This document shows, piece after piece, positions 12,078-23,105 of a stretch of 64,000 nucleotides of DNA. The translations under genes were made by a program, and so were the position numbers. Origin of the DNA: Botryllus schlosseri (taxonomy: Eukaryota). The notes below the pieces were generated by a model. That model ran no database searches, was not told where the DNA came from, and saw only the letters and a program-made list of their open reading frames with translations. The stretch is from positions 13,704,001 through 13,768,000 of the forward strand of contig CM119371.1 in NCBI GenBank assembly GCA_051294905.1, in the 5' to 3' direction. How positions within the stretch are numbered: position 1 is the stretch's first letter; the number at the start of each line of letters is the position of its first letter.

Positions 12078-13422
12078 TGATTCTGTTTTGAGAGTCTTTC
12101 GGGATTTTGGCTGTCTTCTTTTGCATGTTGTCTTTTTTAATCCCATTTATATTCGGTTTTATTATCCTCACTTGGTTGCTTGTGTTGTTTCTGGTCGTTA
12201 CTCTGTTTCCGTTTTGTTGTTTCGCCGCTTTATCACAGCTGGCGCTCGATTTTGGTCCTTTGTTGGCATTAGACGACTTTTTACTGAGTAGCTTTTGGGC
12301 CGTCTGTGTTTCATTTGATTTGCCTGATTCGCGTTTTTTCTCTCTGACCGGAGGCTGTACGGAGTGTTCCTCTGTTGTGTCTTCATTCTCGTATGCAGCG
12401 TCCGGTGACGTGTAAAATTTTGTCATCACCGGGCTATTCGGCGATGTTTGATTTCTGTTCGTGTCCTCATTCTGACTCGTATTCAGGTCAGCTGGTTTCT
12501 CTGTTGTTATTTTCGTCGATTCGTTCGTTTCGTCGGTTATTCTCTCACCAGCATGGGGTTCGTTTGAGTTTTCTCTCACAAGTTTATCTGCGATTTGATC
12601 ATTGACTCCCTCAGCGTTTTCGATTCCAGCCTCGTGTTCGCTTTGTATTTTGCTACGTTTTGCTTTGCATGTTTCTGCGCCATGGCCAAGCCCGCCGCAC
12701 TTCGTGCATTCCAATTTGTCGGCTGGGCAATCTCTGATCATATGACCCGTTCCGTTGCAGTTGTAGCATCGCTTTTGATATGCATCTGCAGCGGTCTTGA
12801 TCCAGCATCTCACACCATCAATAATCATACTTTCTGGCATATCTTCTTTACTGAAATCCTCCATCCAGATGTTAGTGAAGCCGTTGTAATAGATAGTATT
12901 CTTGTAGAATACTCTTGTCTGATTGACAACCGTTCCGAATCCATATTCGTTCAGTTCTTTAACTGCCGTGTCCTGTTTAGTTTCACATGCTATGCCTTTG
13001 ACAATAAGATGTGTTGCTGGACGCTTTGGGAGCTCTATGAATATGTCGTTAAACCTTGCTTGCGTAGGGTTTAGGCTTAGCTCTTGTAGCAATTCGTCTT
13101 TTCGCTTCCTTCTACTTTTCTCTTCCTTCATTGTGATTACGAATGTTCCGGCTTTCATTTTATATATTCCTTCAATGTATTCGTGGTACTTTGCAGTGAT
13201 GGTGTTGGTTTGCAGCTCTTTGAGTACCATAACATGGTCAAGGTTGTCTTCACCCCTTACAAAGTAAGACCTATTTCTCGTATTCTTGTAGATCGGTGTT
13301 TCTTGCTTGGTTTTCTTGTATGTTGTTGTATTCTTTGATTTCGACGTTACTGTTGCAAATGATGGCTGTGTAGCATTTCCTTCTGCTTCACTAGCGTTGC
13401 AGGTCGTCATGGCCATCGCCAT
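12046..13422 (-). CDS. ORF1: gag-like nucleic-acid-binding protein with two CCHC zinc knuckles
   Basis: CYNCNGTGHMIRDC and CTKCGGLGHGAETC, followed by a low-complexity tail. First ATG at 13422; overlaps ORF2 by 32 nt. Confidence 0.93.
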   Translation of the reverse strand: MAMAMTTCNASEAEGNATQPSFATVTSKSKNTTTYKKTKQETPIYKNTRNRSYFVRGEDNLDHVMVLKELQTNTITAKYHEYIEGIYKMKAGTFVITMKEEKSRRKRKDELLQELSLNPTQARFNDIFIELPKRPATHLIVKGIACETKQDTAVKELNEYGFGTVVNQTRVFYKNTIYYNGFTNIWMEDFSKEDMPESMIIDGVRCWIKTAADAYQKRCYNCNGTGHMIRDCPADKLECTKCGGLGHGAETCKAKRSKIQSEHEAGIENAEGVNDQIADKLVRENSNEPHAGERITDETNESTKITTEKPADLNTSQNEDTNRNQTSPNSPVMTKFYTSPDAAYENEDTTEEHSVQPPVREKKRESGKSNETQTAQKLLSKKSSNANKGPKSSASCDKAAKQQNGNRVTTRNNTSNQVRIIKPNINGIKKDNMQKKTAKIPKDSQNRINGEPTEVSID

Positions 13423-13555
13423 TATCAATCTTTCACCTTTCTCAGGTGTTACGACTTCTATCCAGTATATTTCGTTTATCCAATATATTCAGTATATCCA
13501 ATACTTCGCGTAATCCAGTAATATCTCACCTCTAAGCTAGTAATCTTCCGCAGCG

Positions 13556-13592
13556 TCGAAACACGTCCGTCCCGAGCATTCACACAAAGGAG
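13556..13592 (-). promoter_or_regulatory. Putative internal promoter of the retrotransposon (DPE-like GGACGTG)
   Basis: The minus strand reads ctcctttgtgtgaatgctcgggacGGACGTGtttc. An RGACGTG-like downstream element about 25-30 nt inside the 5' end is known from LINE internal promoters. Confidence 0.5.
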
Positions 13593-14292
13593 CTCCACCA
13601 AACGCAATTTGACTCAATCAACTGGGAGACCGAATTTCCGAGTCTGCTATTATTAGTTCTTCAGAATGATGTTTCGGATTCAATATGACAGGCCCATCTA
13701 TGAGATAACAATTGCGTATCTGTCCGAACTCGCTGACCTTTGCAATTAGGCTTAAGCTATCTCTCGAGTTATAGTCATTTCCATTTCTGCAGATAATTAG
13801 TCAGGTCTAGTGCGAACACGAACCGTGTTGTATCTTTGTTCCGTATACGCCGTTCACCCAGTTACCACAATTCAAGTCACAGCTCACCAGCGGACCTATC
13901 GTGGCACATACGTTAAAATCACTATTGCCGGGAAATTCATGTTACGGTACGATCATTAAGTTACTTGTTTCCGTTGGAAAACGCCATTGTGACGTCATCT
14001 TGGTAAAAACTCGCTTGCAGCCCTTGCCCCACCACCCGATATTGTCACGAGCCGCCACTGCGTAGAACGACAGTTACACTGTAAAAAATAAACCGTGTAT
14101 TTAACGTGTTTTTTGCATGTTTTTTCCAAAAACACGTTAAACGACGGAAAACGCCGACGTGTTTTTGAAAAAAACAAGTTTAAAACCGAAAACGCGACGT
14201 GTTTTCCAATTAATCAAGTTCAAAACTGAAACGTAACATGTTATGTAAAAAACATGTTGCGTTTCAGATTGGAATAACGTTGCTCTGATTTG

Positions 14293-14930
14293 AAAGCTAC
14301 TGTCGCACTGATTCCGAAAATATGCATTAAAATCTAATCAGGGCAATGGAACGCCTTCGAAATACACCCAAAAGTATGAAATTCGGCATTGTTCCGAACC
14401 ACGCGTTATAGGGCTGCGTCGCTGCGATTGTTTGGAACAATGCTGATTTTCAGATTTTGAAGGCTACTTCGGGGTAATTCCATTGCCATATTGAAATTTT
14501 AATGTATATTTTCAGACGGACACGGAAATAGTGTCAGGGACAGGGATTCTGCACAATGTTGATACAGTGGGACCAGATTCGGATTTTATTGCACCAATTG
14601 GAACGCAACATAATTGCTAATCCTATCGCTGACGATCCGAGCACTCAAATTAAAAAAAGTTGAGCTTATTTATAGGCTACTGTCGCATTGATTCCGAAAT
14701 ATACATTAAAATCTTATCGGGGCAATGGAACCCCCTCGAAATGCACCCCAAAAGTCTGCAAATCGGCATTGTTCTGAACGATCGCAACAACGCAAAGGCC
14801 GTTGTTATGGTGATTGTGCTGCATCGCTGCACGATGCCGATTTTCAGATTTTTAGGCTATTTCGGGTTAGTTCCATTGTCCTAATGAAATTTTAATGTAT
14901 TATTTTCAGAATCAGCGTGACGGTAGCTTT
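14293..14930. mobile_element. Two adjacent imperfect foldback MITEs (gctactgtcgca.tgattccgaaa family); partial copy at ~63513-63610
   Basis: 14293-14520 and 14675-14930 each fold back (gctactgtcgcattgattccgaaa ... tttcagaatcagcgtgacggtagc). Confidence 0.65.
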
Positions 14931-15114
14931 CAAATAAGATCAACTTTATTTAATTTGAGGGTTCGGGTCTTCAGCTATTGATAACCGATCATGCTGCGTT
15001 CAGATTGCTGAGCACTTCAGTAGTCAATTCCTCACGACGAGCAAGGGTGATGATGGGTGGTGCGAATCTATGCGTAGGTTAGTTATCTATAAAAAAAAAG
15101 ACATTTGAGTATTG

Positions 15115-15365
15115 GTCTTGATTGGTTGAAAAACTGAGGTATAATTTCAGTTCACAGCTCACACGATTTCCGAATCCGTGGTTGGAAAACAGGAAATTTT
15201 AGTTCACGGTCCTCGATTTCAGTCTCCGTCGTGATTGGTTGCAGAACGACGGTAAAATTTCAGTTCACCACTCACACTATTTCACGATCCGACGTGATTG
15301 GTTAAAAAAACGGAAGTTCTACTTCACTGCTCACGTGATTGCCGTATGCGTTACGATTGGTTTGA
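15115..15365. repeat. About five degenerate ~60-bp units, most with an inverted CCAAT box (gattggtt)
   Basis: gattggtt at ~15120, 15233, 15296 and 15355, with a variant at ~15180; units followed by ...agttcac / acttcac. Confidence 0.6.
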
Positions 15366-16097
15366 AAAACTTTCAGTGCCGGGAAGCCAGTAGCCACTTC
15401 CATCGGCGATCACTACGCGGCCAGCAAAGTTGGCGAAACTGATTGTAGAGTTTATTACCGGCTGACGGTTATTGATCGTATTTGTCCAGTTAGTAGAGGA
15501 TGCATTTCACATCAGTTTTCATCGGGGAAAGTGTTTCCGATTCATATGCGCGCCTACGGGGTGTGCATAGTTGGTGTGCTGCATTTAACTGCAGTACGGT
15601 AACGTGTGGCGTGTGGAGGCAGCATATCGTTTAGCACTTACCATATATAGCTTCAGAGTGCATACGGTAACCAGTCGATTACAGTATATCATGTTGGGAA
15701 ATGTCTTAGCTTAACTATGTAAATAATGAACCTAAGAAAGTTGAGCCAGTTGATATATTAGGAGGATGTGTATACCATGCCAATATGTTGCATTTTGTCG
15801 AATGCACGATATGGAGGGACAAGTTTGCTCTGTAAAATTATGTGACAAATACGGCAAAAAAGAATTCATGTTGTCAATCAGGATCAAGATGGTAAAATAT
15901 TTTTCTATGAAGATTTTGACGGGCACTGTGACATTTGTGGTATCCTCAAGTCAGGCTTTGGGCGATATTTACACTGTTATTCCTGTGAGGCTATGACAGA
16001 AACCGGTTTCCTTTGTGTTTTACAACCTGGTGAAATATTCTACCAGAGACTCCATAATTTACCGGTATACTGTATTGGTAAATTACAGTATGGTGAG

Positions 16098-16271
16098 CAA
16101 TGTTCCCTCTAATTTTTGACGAGTCTGCGCACACTCACGAACTCACTGCGCAGACCCTTGGACAACAGTGCGTAAAGACTAAAAAAAAGGTCATCATATC
16201 GGATTTTTTGTGCGCAGAGACCGTGTTAGCACTGCGCATTTGTGCATGTGCGCAGCTTAGAGGGAACATTG
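16098..16271 (+). mobile_element. 174-bp hAT MITE (61-bp relative at 18905-18965)
   Basis: TIR caatgttccctctaa / ttagagggaacattg; perfect TSD atggtgag. Confidence 0.93.
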
Positions 16272-16896
16272 ATGGTGAGATCGCTACATTAGACTGCATC
16301 ATAGAATATGTTTCGAAGTTTAATAGTGAACTATATGCCGATAGAGAAAAGTTCCGGTAATTAAAATTGCGTAATTTTGAACATGACGTTCTATTTTTCA
16401 GATTCATCAGACTGGTTAGCGATTTATTACTCTTGTGCTATTAAATATGAAAATGCTGATCATCCATGGTAATATTAGAAAGGTGATCACAGTTGATCAC
16501 CTATCTGAGATTCATGATGTTGTGAGATGTGCAGTTCGTAGTACCATCTAGGACAGAAAATTCACTACGGAATATTACGACAAGTCGCTTGAATTGAACG
16601 GCGATTTCTATGAATTGTCTGCCAAAGATATGGGACAATATGACTGGTTTGACGATGGAAGTGAGTAATTATATTCTATGCATGTCAACAGAATTATCGT
16701 CATAAAGCGATGATCATGGTAATCATACTGTACTAAAATTATCTTGTCTTGTTCGATATCTGTAATAGAAACGAATATAGATTTTTAGCCAAAATCACGC
16801 CGTGTTATGCAGGGCTTTAGAGCAGCCGCAAATTTAAACTGCTCCTGCTCTAGCTGCTGCTCCGGCTCTGAAATGATCGCATTGGCCTGTTTATAT

Positions 16897-17764
16897 CAGG
16901 GGTGACCAACCCGTGGGCCAAATATGGCCAGCGAGAGGGTTTTGCGTGACCCGTGAGCTAATTTCCTATTATATTATCGAAAATGAATTGCTCAGATTGT
17001 GAACTTGCAATGCCAACAAAAAATTACAATTCTTGCTGCGACACATGGGATCTTGATGACTAAAATATCAGTTCCAACGCATTGGCAGATCCAGGGTCCA
17101 GTCACCTTTTCAGTAAGTCGTCGTACATTACAATAAAGTAAAATAGCAGTGAAATTTTTTTTTCACGCTTTGCGTGTTTAATTTTCGCACGATTTTGAAG
17201 TTCATAGGTCAATAATATTGTCACTTGATTATATTGCGGGCCTGCTGTATATCGCTGGGCTAAGTTTGCGAGGACTGGGCTATTCGGCGCATGGACATAT
17301 CGATATTGAAAGCTGCGACCGCAACATGCGTCAATCATTTCGTGCCTAGGTTTCATAGTCGACTGCCAGTGCAAACGCAAGGTCGCATATGTTGAACGAC
17401 ACTTTGTCTCGTAATCGCTAATATAGTTAGACTCAATCTGAAAACGAAAAAAACGCCCATTTTATCCGATTGAGTCTAACTGTATTCGCAATTACGGGAG
17501 AAAGTCTTTTCGCGTTTGCGCTCGCATAAAGATCGTCAATGGTGAAATGGCGATATCGATGTGGCCAGACGCCAAATAGTCGTGTCCTTGCAAACTGAGT
17601 CTAGCGGGCGGTATACAATAGACCCGCAATACTCGAGTAATAATATTATTGACCTTGTTTATTTATAAATTTCGAAAATTTTATCTGCTTGGCGTGGCTA
17701 GTGGACCGCAAACTCGTTCGTCAATTGCATGTGGCTCTTCAGCCGAAAAGGTTGGCCATTCCTG
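16897..17764 (+). mobile_element. Charlie/Buster-type hAT MITE with an internal inverted duplication
   Basis: Ends caggggtgaccaacc / ggttggccattcctg; TSD gtttatat / gtctatat. Related to 58305-59009. Confidence 0.8.
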
Positions 17765-20700
17765 GTCTATATAGATTACTAATCTACCATAGGTTAGTAC
17801 TTTTTTGTTTCCCGAACAGAATATGTTGGAATATGTTGATATGAACTTCTTCAACGAATATGTGATGTTCTCCTAGGGTGATTTTATTTTTATCTAAAAA
17901 CCGAAGATTTTGACCGATAAAATCTGACATTCTGTCAATTTTGACATTTTTAACCCTAAAAATCTTAATTTTGATGAAATTGCGATCTCGTATATATGTA
18001 AATTGCCTGTTTTCCCCCATTACCTTAGAATTTTAGGCTACTGCTTATCTTCCTTTCTGGTCGGAACTGTCTGTTCTTACGAAATAGTTAGGCCTAAAAA
18101 AACTTTTGCTCTTTCTGCAATAAATTGACTCGCTATTACCGGCAAGCTGATAATTTGCTGGGCTTTAATGAAGATATTTATTACAGAGTCAACCTGCATC
18201 GGTATATTCTCCAGAAGACGAGCGCAGCATCGAGGTACAGCAAAAAGCAATAAGTGTCAAGTGGACGAAAAGACTGCGTGACAAGAAAAGATTCAGGTTA
18301 GGATGAAAAGAACATTTGAATCGTGTCATGAGGCCATTTTGAATGGGATATCAACACAAAGTCTGTTCGAGATTTAGCCGATGTTGATCGATGCGCATTG
18401 GGCAGGTATAAAGCAGTGTTGGGATCAAGTCACTGATAATGACATCCCCTTACCACGTTCATGCAATAGGCTAGTCCTACAACGTATGCAATGCATGCAC
18501 CAATTATTGACGATTATTATCAATGTGTAATATCATACAGCAGGGGCGGCATTACATTCCAATTTTTCAATGTTGGTGACACACATCTCAGAAGTTTGTC
18601 CAAACTTAATCCAAACCTTTCTTCAACTATGCTACATTGCAGGGATCATGGAAAGACAAGCTCTGCAACAAGTTGAGGGAATGGAGAAGACACCATGAAA
18701 AAGAAGTTCTCGTCTTAAACTTGGAATAGCAGAAGCATGGACGCTGCGGCAAACGGAAATCTCAGCAGCTTGTGGAAAAATCTAGTCAACGCTGCAAGAA
18801 TTCTCGAGTCACAACATCCAATGTGAGCATTTTAGTATCTTGCTTTCTTGATCTAGATATCTTCAATATGAATATTTTGATATGATACTGATAACGCCAA
18901 CAGACAATGTTACGTCTAATTTTTCTCGTGTCTGTGCGCATGCGAGCAGCTTAGAGGGAACATTGGCAAGAAGTAGCACCTTGCACCGATAACCGGTCAT
19001 GTTTTGATTAGGATCTATTTTGTCCTACAGAGTCAACATGTATACTCTCCACAGACGACGAGCGCAGCATCGAGATACATCAAAACGCAATAAGAGGCAA
19101 GTGGAGAATACCTCACAAGGAAACGATTCTGGATAAGATGAAAAGAACATTCGAATCGCGTCGCGAGGCCATTCTGAATGGGATGTCAACACAGTCTGCT
19201 GGAGATTTACCCGATCTTGATCGATGTGCATTGGGTACCGTAGGTATAAAGCAGTGTTATGATCAAGTCACTGACGGCACAATCCCTCGGCATTTGTGAC
19301 ATGCGCAATCATTTTTCATGACACAACAAATGACATATATCTTATAACTAGGGCCATTTTTATATGACCTTAGAAAATCAATAATATGACTTTATTTTTT
19401 GGAAAATATGAATTTATGTGAAAATGGTGTATTTTTACATGCAAATATCGGCACTGACGGAACTTAAGAGTAAAACCTATGCAACAACAGTTATACACGT
19501 CCATTTTTTATTCTAAATCACTGTTGCAGTACAGTAGTAGTGTGAAATGTTAAAGTCTTTGAAGTTACGATTCGGACGTAAAATGACTTTGGTAAGGAAA
19601 GTGAGAGCTCCACAGACGCTGATGTGGGTTGCCACTTCTGCAGGGGTGCATAAAGCGCTGGTGAAATGTCTTGTATTTGCAGCTCCATTATTTGTTAAAC
19701 CTCGTTTTTGTCCAATCGCTTAATGTAAATTTTGAGCTTTATGACCTAATCAGGAAAATGTGACTTCATAGCTTTAATATAGCTCAAAGGGATACGGTTT
19801 TGTGTTGAAATTGATTTCACGACTTGCTGATGCATAGAACAAAATATGGCTTTGAATGGCCCTAATTATTACCATGGGTTAGCAAAAAGTGAAGTCAGTT
19901 TTCAAAATGTATAAAACTCGTCGGTGACCTAAAGATACTTTTTAAATTAACATACATTGTTCTTTTTGGGCAGATTTAGTTTTCTTGAATTTTTTAATCG
20001 CACATACTTCCAGACGTAGACATTTCTTCCTTAGATATAAGGGCGACCAACCCTCGGGCTGCAAGGCGATTCTAGAAATTGATTATAATATTTATTAGTA
20101 CTCGCAGAAATATTGTCAGCGGTGAAACCTTTGCACAACGCGATGTACGCAGCCTCGCTGCAACCCTGATATTCATATGTCCAAGCTTGGAATAATCCTT
20201 GTCAAATGAGCCCAGAGGTATACAAAGGCGACCTGCAACTCCTTGCAGGACATGACTGCACACTTGGTTGTCGTAACATAATTGTCATCGAATTTGCTGC
20301 GTAGTAATATATGTCATGTTTTCACCCTTGCCCAACCGTGTTACCTCCTGTCGGATGACTGAAAATCTCTATCAACATTAGAGGGGCCCGCGCAAGGTTT
20401 CAAAGTCGCTGATTTACTTTACGACGTCGCAGTCGCGTCAAAACATACATAGAGTTGATTTCTGACACTTCTCGTTCAGGTCGTCAAAAACTGGGGTGGA
20501 TGGTCGGGATCCCAACGATCTTCAATTCTTCAATGACAACTATGGCAGCTTCCTGTTTGTTGACAAAGTAAGTTGTTTGGTGTATGTGTAAGCATTATGT
20601 CACTGTGTTGTGGACACAAGCAAATCGCATGGCTCACTGCCATCAGGCTACATCATTCACATCATACAAAAAAGGCAATTTATGGCACTATTAACACTGT

Positions 20701-21055
20701 ATTGCTGTATTAACACTGTATTTGATAAAAATTGGTATCTCGAAAGGTCACTGTAAATCGAAAGAATGATGTAATCCAATATCAGTGAGTAACGAGATTT
20801 TCCCGTGTCCATGCTACTGTAGGACACTATGGTGAAATTGTCACTAGTATATGGCGTCCAATCAAAGAAGATGATGTGAAACCAATATTGGCCCCTCCTA
20901 TTTCACTTAGAAAGTTGCAGTGTTACGACTGATGCTAAAATCATTCCACTCTGGGTACCATTATGCTCGCTCGATATCCTTGAAAGCACCATCACGTACG
21001 ATCGTTTTCTTACCTCTTTGCATGACCCCGACTCGCGCAGTATTGACTTATTAGG

Positions 21056-21431
21056 TAGGCTTACCATATTTTGGAAATCTAAAAAGAGGACACTTTTTCA
21101 GAAATTTGAGACTTGCAAAACCGGAGAAGAATTCTCAAAAATCGGTGAATTTTGCCCACTTTGTGACCGGTTGACTGGAAATTTTTTAAAAAAGGTCAAC
21201 TTTTCGCTCAGAGCTCCAATCACCGTTTTTCACTCCGAAATACCCGCAATAGAGTCACTTCTGTGCTAATTTACGGCATATCACTCGCATTTCGCTCTAA
21301 ATGTGACCTAAATTTTCAAAAAAGAGGACAAAATCTCAAAAAAGAGGACAAAAGGGCGTCCTCCGAGGACACTTTTAAAAAAGTCAAGAAAGAGGACAAA
21401 TCCTATTGAAAGAGGACGCATGGTAACCCTA
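21056..21431 (+). mobile_element. TAGGG-type hAT MITE with aaagaggaca subterminal repeats
   Basis: TIR taggcttaccat / atggtaacccta; perfect TSD ttattagg. Sister copy at 56715-57057. Confidence 0.92.
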
Positions 21432-21745
21432 TTATTAGGCCTCATACTCAACTCAATTCTTAATCTCAGACCACATCGATAGTACTAAGCTAATATCATT
21501 TTTATTTATCAGGAGCCAAAGAATTATATCCGACGATCAAGTACAATACGATCCTGAATGAATGGAAGGTTCTCTTCTATGGCAAAGTTATCAAAGGGGT
21601 CAGAAGCTTCCATCATGCTATGGCCATAATACTGGCAATATACTGGCTGTTCAACATCAAGTTCGCTCCATCAGCCTCTAATTCATGGTCCGTCGTCACG
21701 AACTCTCCTTCGAAACTTCCGAACGTTAAGTACACTGCGGCTGTC

Positions 21746-23105
21746 TCGAAACTTTGTAACGTTAGGTAGACTTTGGCTGTTCGTAGTAAATTAATTTGAA
21801 TAATTCACCAAGGACAGGTCAATATTTTTAGCCGTTATAATTCTTGTGTCATTGCATTAGGTACTCGGCGCCTTTAACTGTGACAATTTGTAATAACTTA
21901 ATTAATCGAGGACCGGTCAATGTTTCCAGCCGGTATATTAATTCTTGTTTCATTACATACGTTTCGAAACTTTCTAACTTTAGGTGTGGCTGACTGTGGC
22001 TGTTCATTGTAATTTAATTTGATTAATTTATTGAGGACGGGTCAATGATTTTAGCCGTTATTATAATTCTGGTTTCATTACATATGTCCAAAACTTCAAA
22101 ACATTAGGTACTAGGCGGCTTACACTGTGGCTTTTTGTAGTAAATTAATTCATTGATGACGGGTCAATATTTTTAGCTGTTGTTGTAACAATTCTTCTTT
22201 CATTGTATAAATTCCAAAACTTCTTAACGTTAGGCTCTCTGCGGCTTACAATGTGGCTTTTTGTAGTAAATTAATTATTTTATGAGGGGCCAATATTTTT
22301 AGCCGTTGTTGTAAGAATTTTTCATTCATTGCATAAGTTCCAAAACTTCTTAATGTTAGGCACTCTGCGGCTCACACTGTGGCTTTTTGTAGTAAATTAA
22401 TTCATTGATGACGGGCCAATATTTTTAGCCATTGTTGTATATAACTCTTCTTTCATTGCATAAGTTCCAAAACTTCTTAACGTTAGGCACTCTGCGGCTT
22501 ACACTGTGGCTTTTTGTAGTAAATTAATTCATTGATGACGGGCCAATATTTTTAGCCGTTGTTGTAATAATTCTTCATTCATTGCATAAGTTCCAAAACT
22601 TCTTAATGTTAGGCACTCTGCGGCTCACACTGTGGCTTTTTGTAGTAAATTAATTCATTGATGACGGGCCAATATTTTTAGCCATTGTTGTATATAACTC
22701 TTCTTTCATTGCATAAGTTCCAAAACTTCTTAACGTTAGGCACTCTGCGGCTTACACTGTGGCTTTTTGTAGTAAATTAATTCATTGATGACGGGCCAAT
22801 ATTTTTAGCCGTTGTTGTAATAATTCTTCATTCATTGCATAAGTTCCAAAACTTCTTAATGTTAGGCACTCTGCGGCTCACACTGTGGCTTTTTGTAGTA
22901 AATTAATTCATTGATGACGGCCCAATATTTTAGCCATTGTTGTATATAACTCTTCTTTCATTGCATAAGTTCCAAAACTTCTTAACGTTCGGTACTCTTC
23001 GACTTACACTGTGGCTGTTAGTAGTAAATTAATTGCGCCATGACATGTCAATATTTTTAGCCGTTATAGTAATTCTTATTTCATTACGTATTATCCGAAA
23101 CTCTC
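21746..23105. repeat. Tandem array with a 126-127 bp monomer, ~10-11 copies, and a 253-bp dimeric higher-order repeat in the core
   Basis: gcataagttccaaaacttc starts at 22331, 22458, 22584, 22711, 22837 and 22963; units diverge at both edges. Confidence 0.95.

Larger units (their letters stand above)
8344..13592 (-). mobile_element. Full-length L1-clade (Tx1-like) non-LTR retrotransposon
   Basis: Two overlapping ORFs, a 5' GGACGTG motif and a 3' UTR with ATTAAA at 8362-8357. Boundaries are tentative (possible 4-bp ctcc duplication at 8340-8343 and 13593-13596). No poly(A) tail is visible. Confidence 0.9.
16447..21769 (+). pseudogene. Spliced, decayed SAMD3-like accessory gene of the CACTA element
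   Basis: Exon-like blocks, mostly with AG/GT edges: 16447-16660 (MKMLIIHGNIRKVI...EYYDKSL, internal stop), 18187-18405, 18643-18822 (GSWKDKLCNKLR), 19031-19234 (MKRTFESRREAILNG...LLEIYPIL), 20480-20567, 21513-21769 (AMAIILAIYWLFNIKF). The motifs resemble animal EnSpm-borne SAMD3-like proteins, recalled from memory. Confidence 0.7.

Noticed and set aside
9196..13513. Plus-strand ORFs overlapping the retroelement
   Set aside because: Antisense shadows of ORF1 and ORF2 with no recognisable motifs.
15560..15600. THAP-like start (WCAAFNCST)
   Set aside because: Too short; no downstream THAP W/C/H/F residues were found.
21746..23105. CRISPR-like array
   Set aside because: Whole units repeat with no unique spacers, there are no cas genes and the context is eukaryotic.
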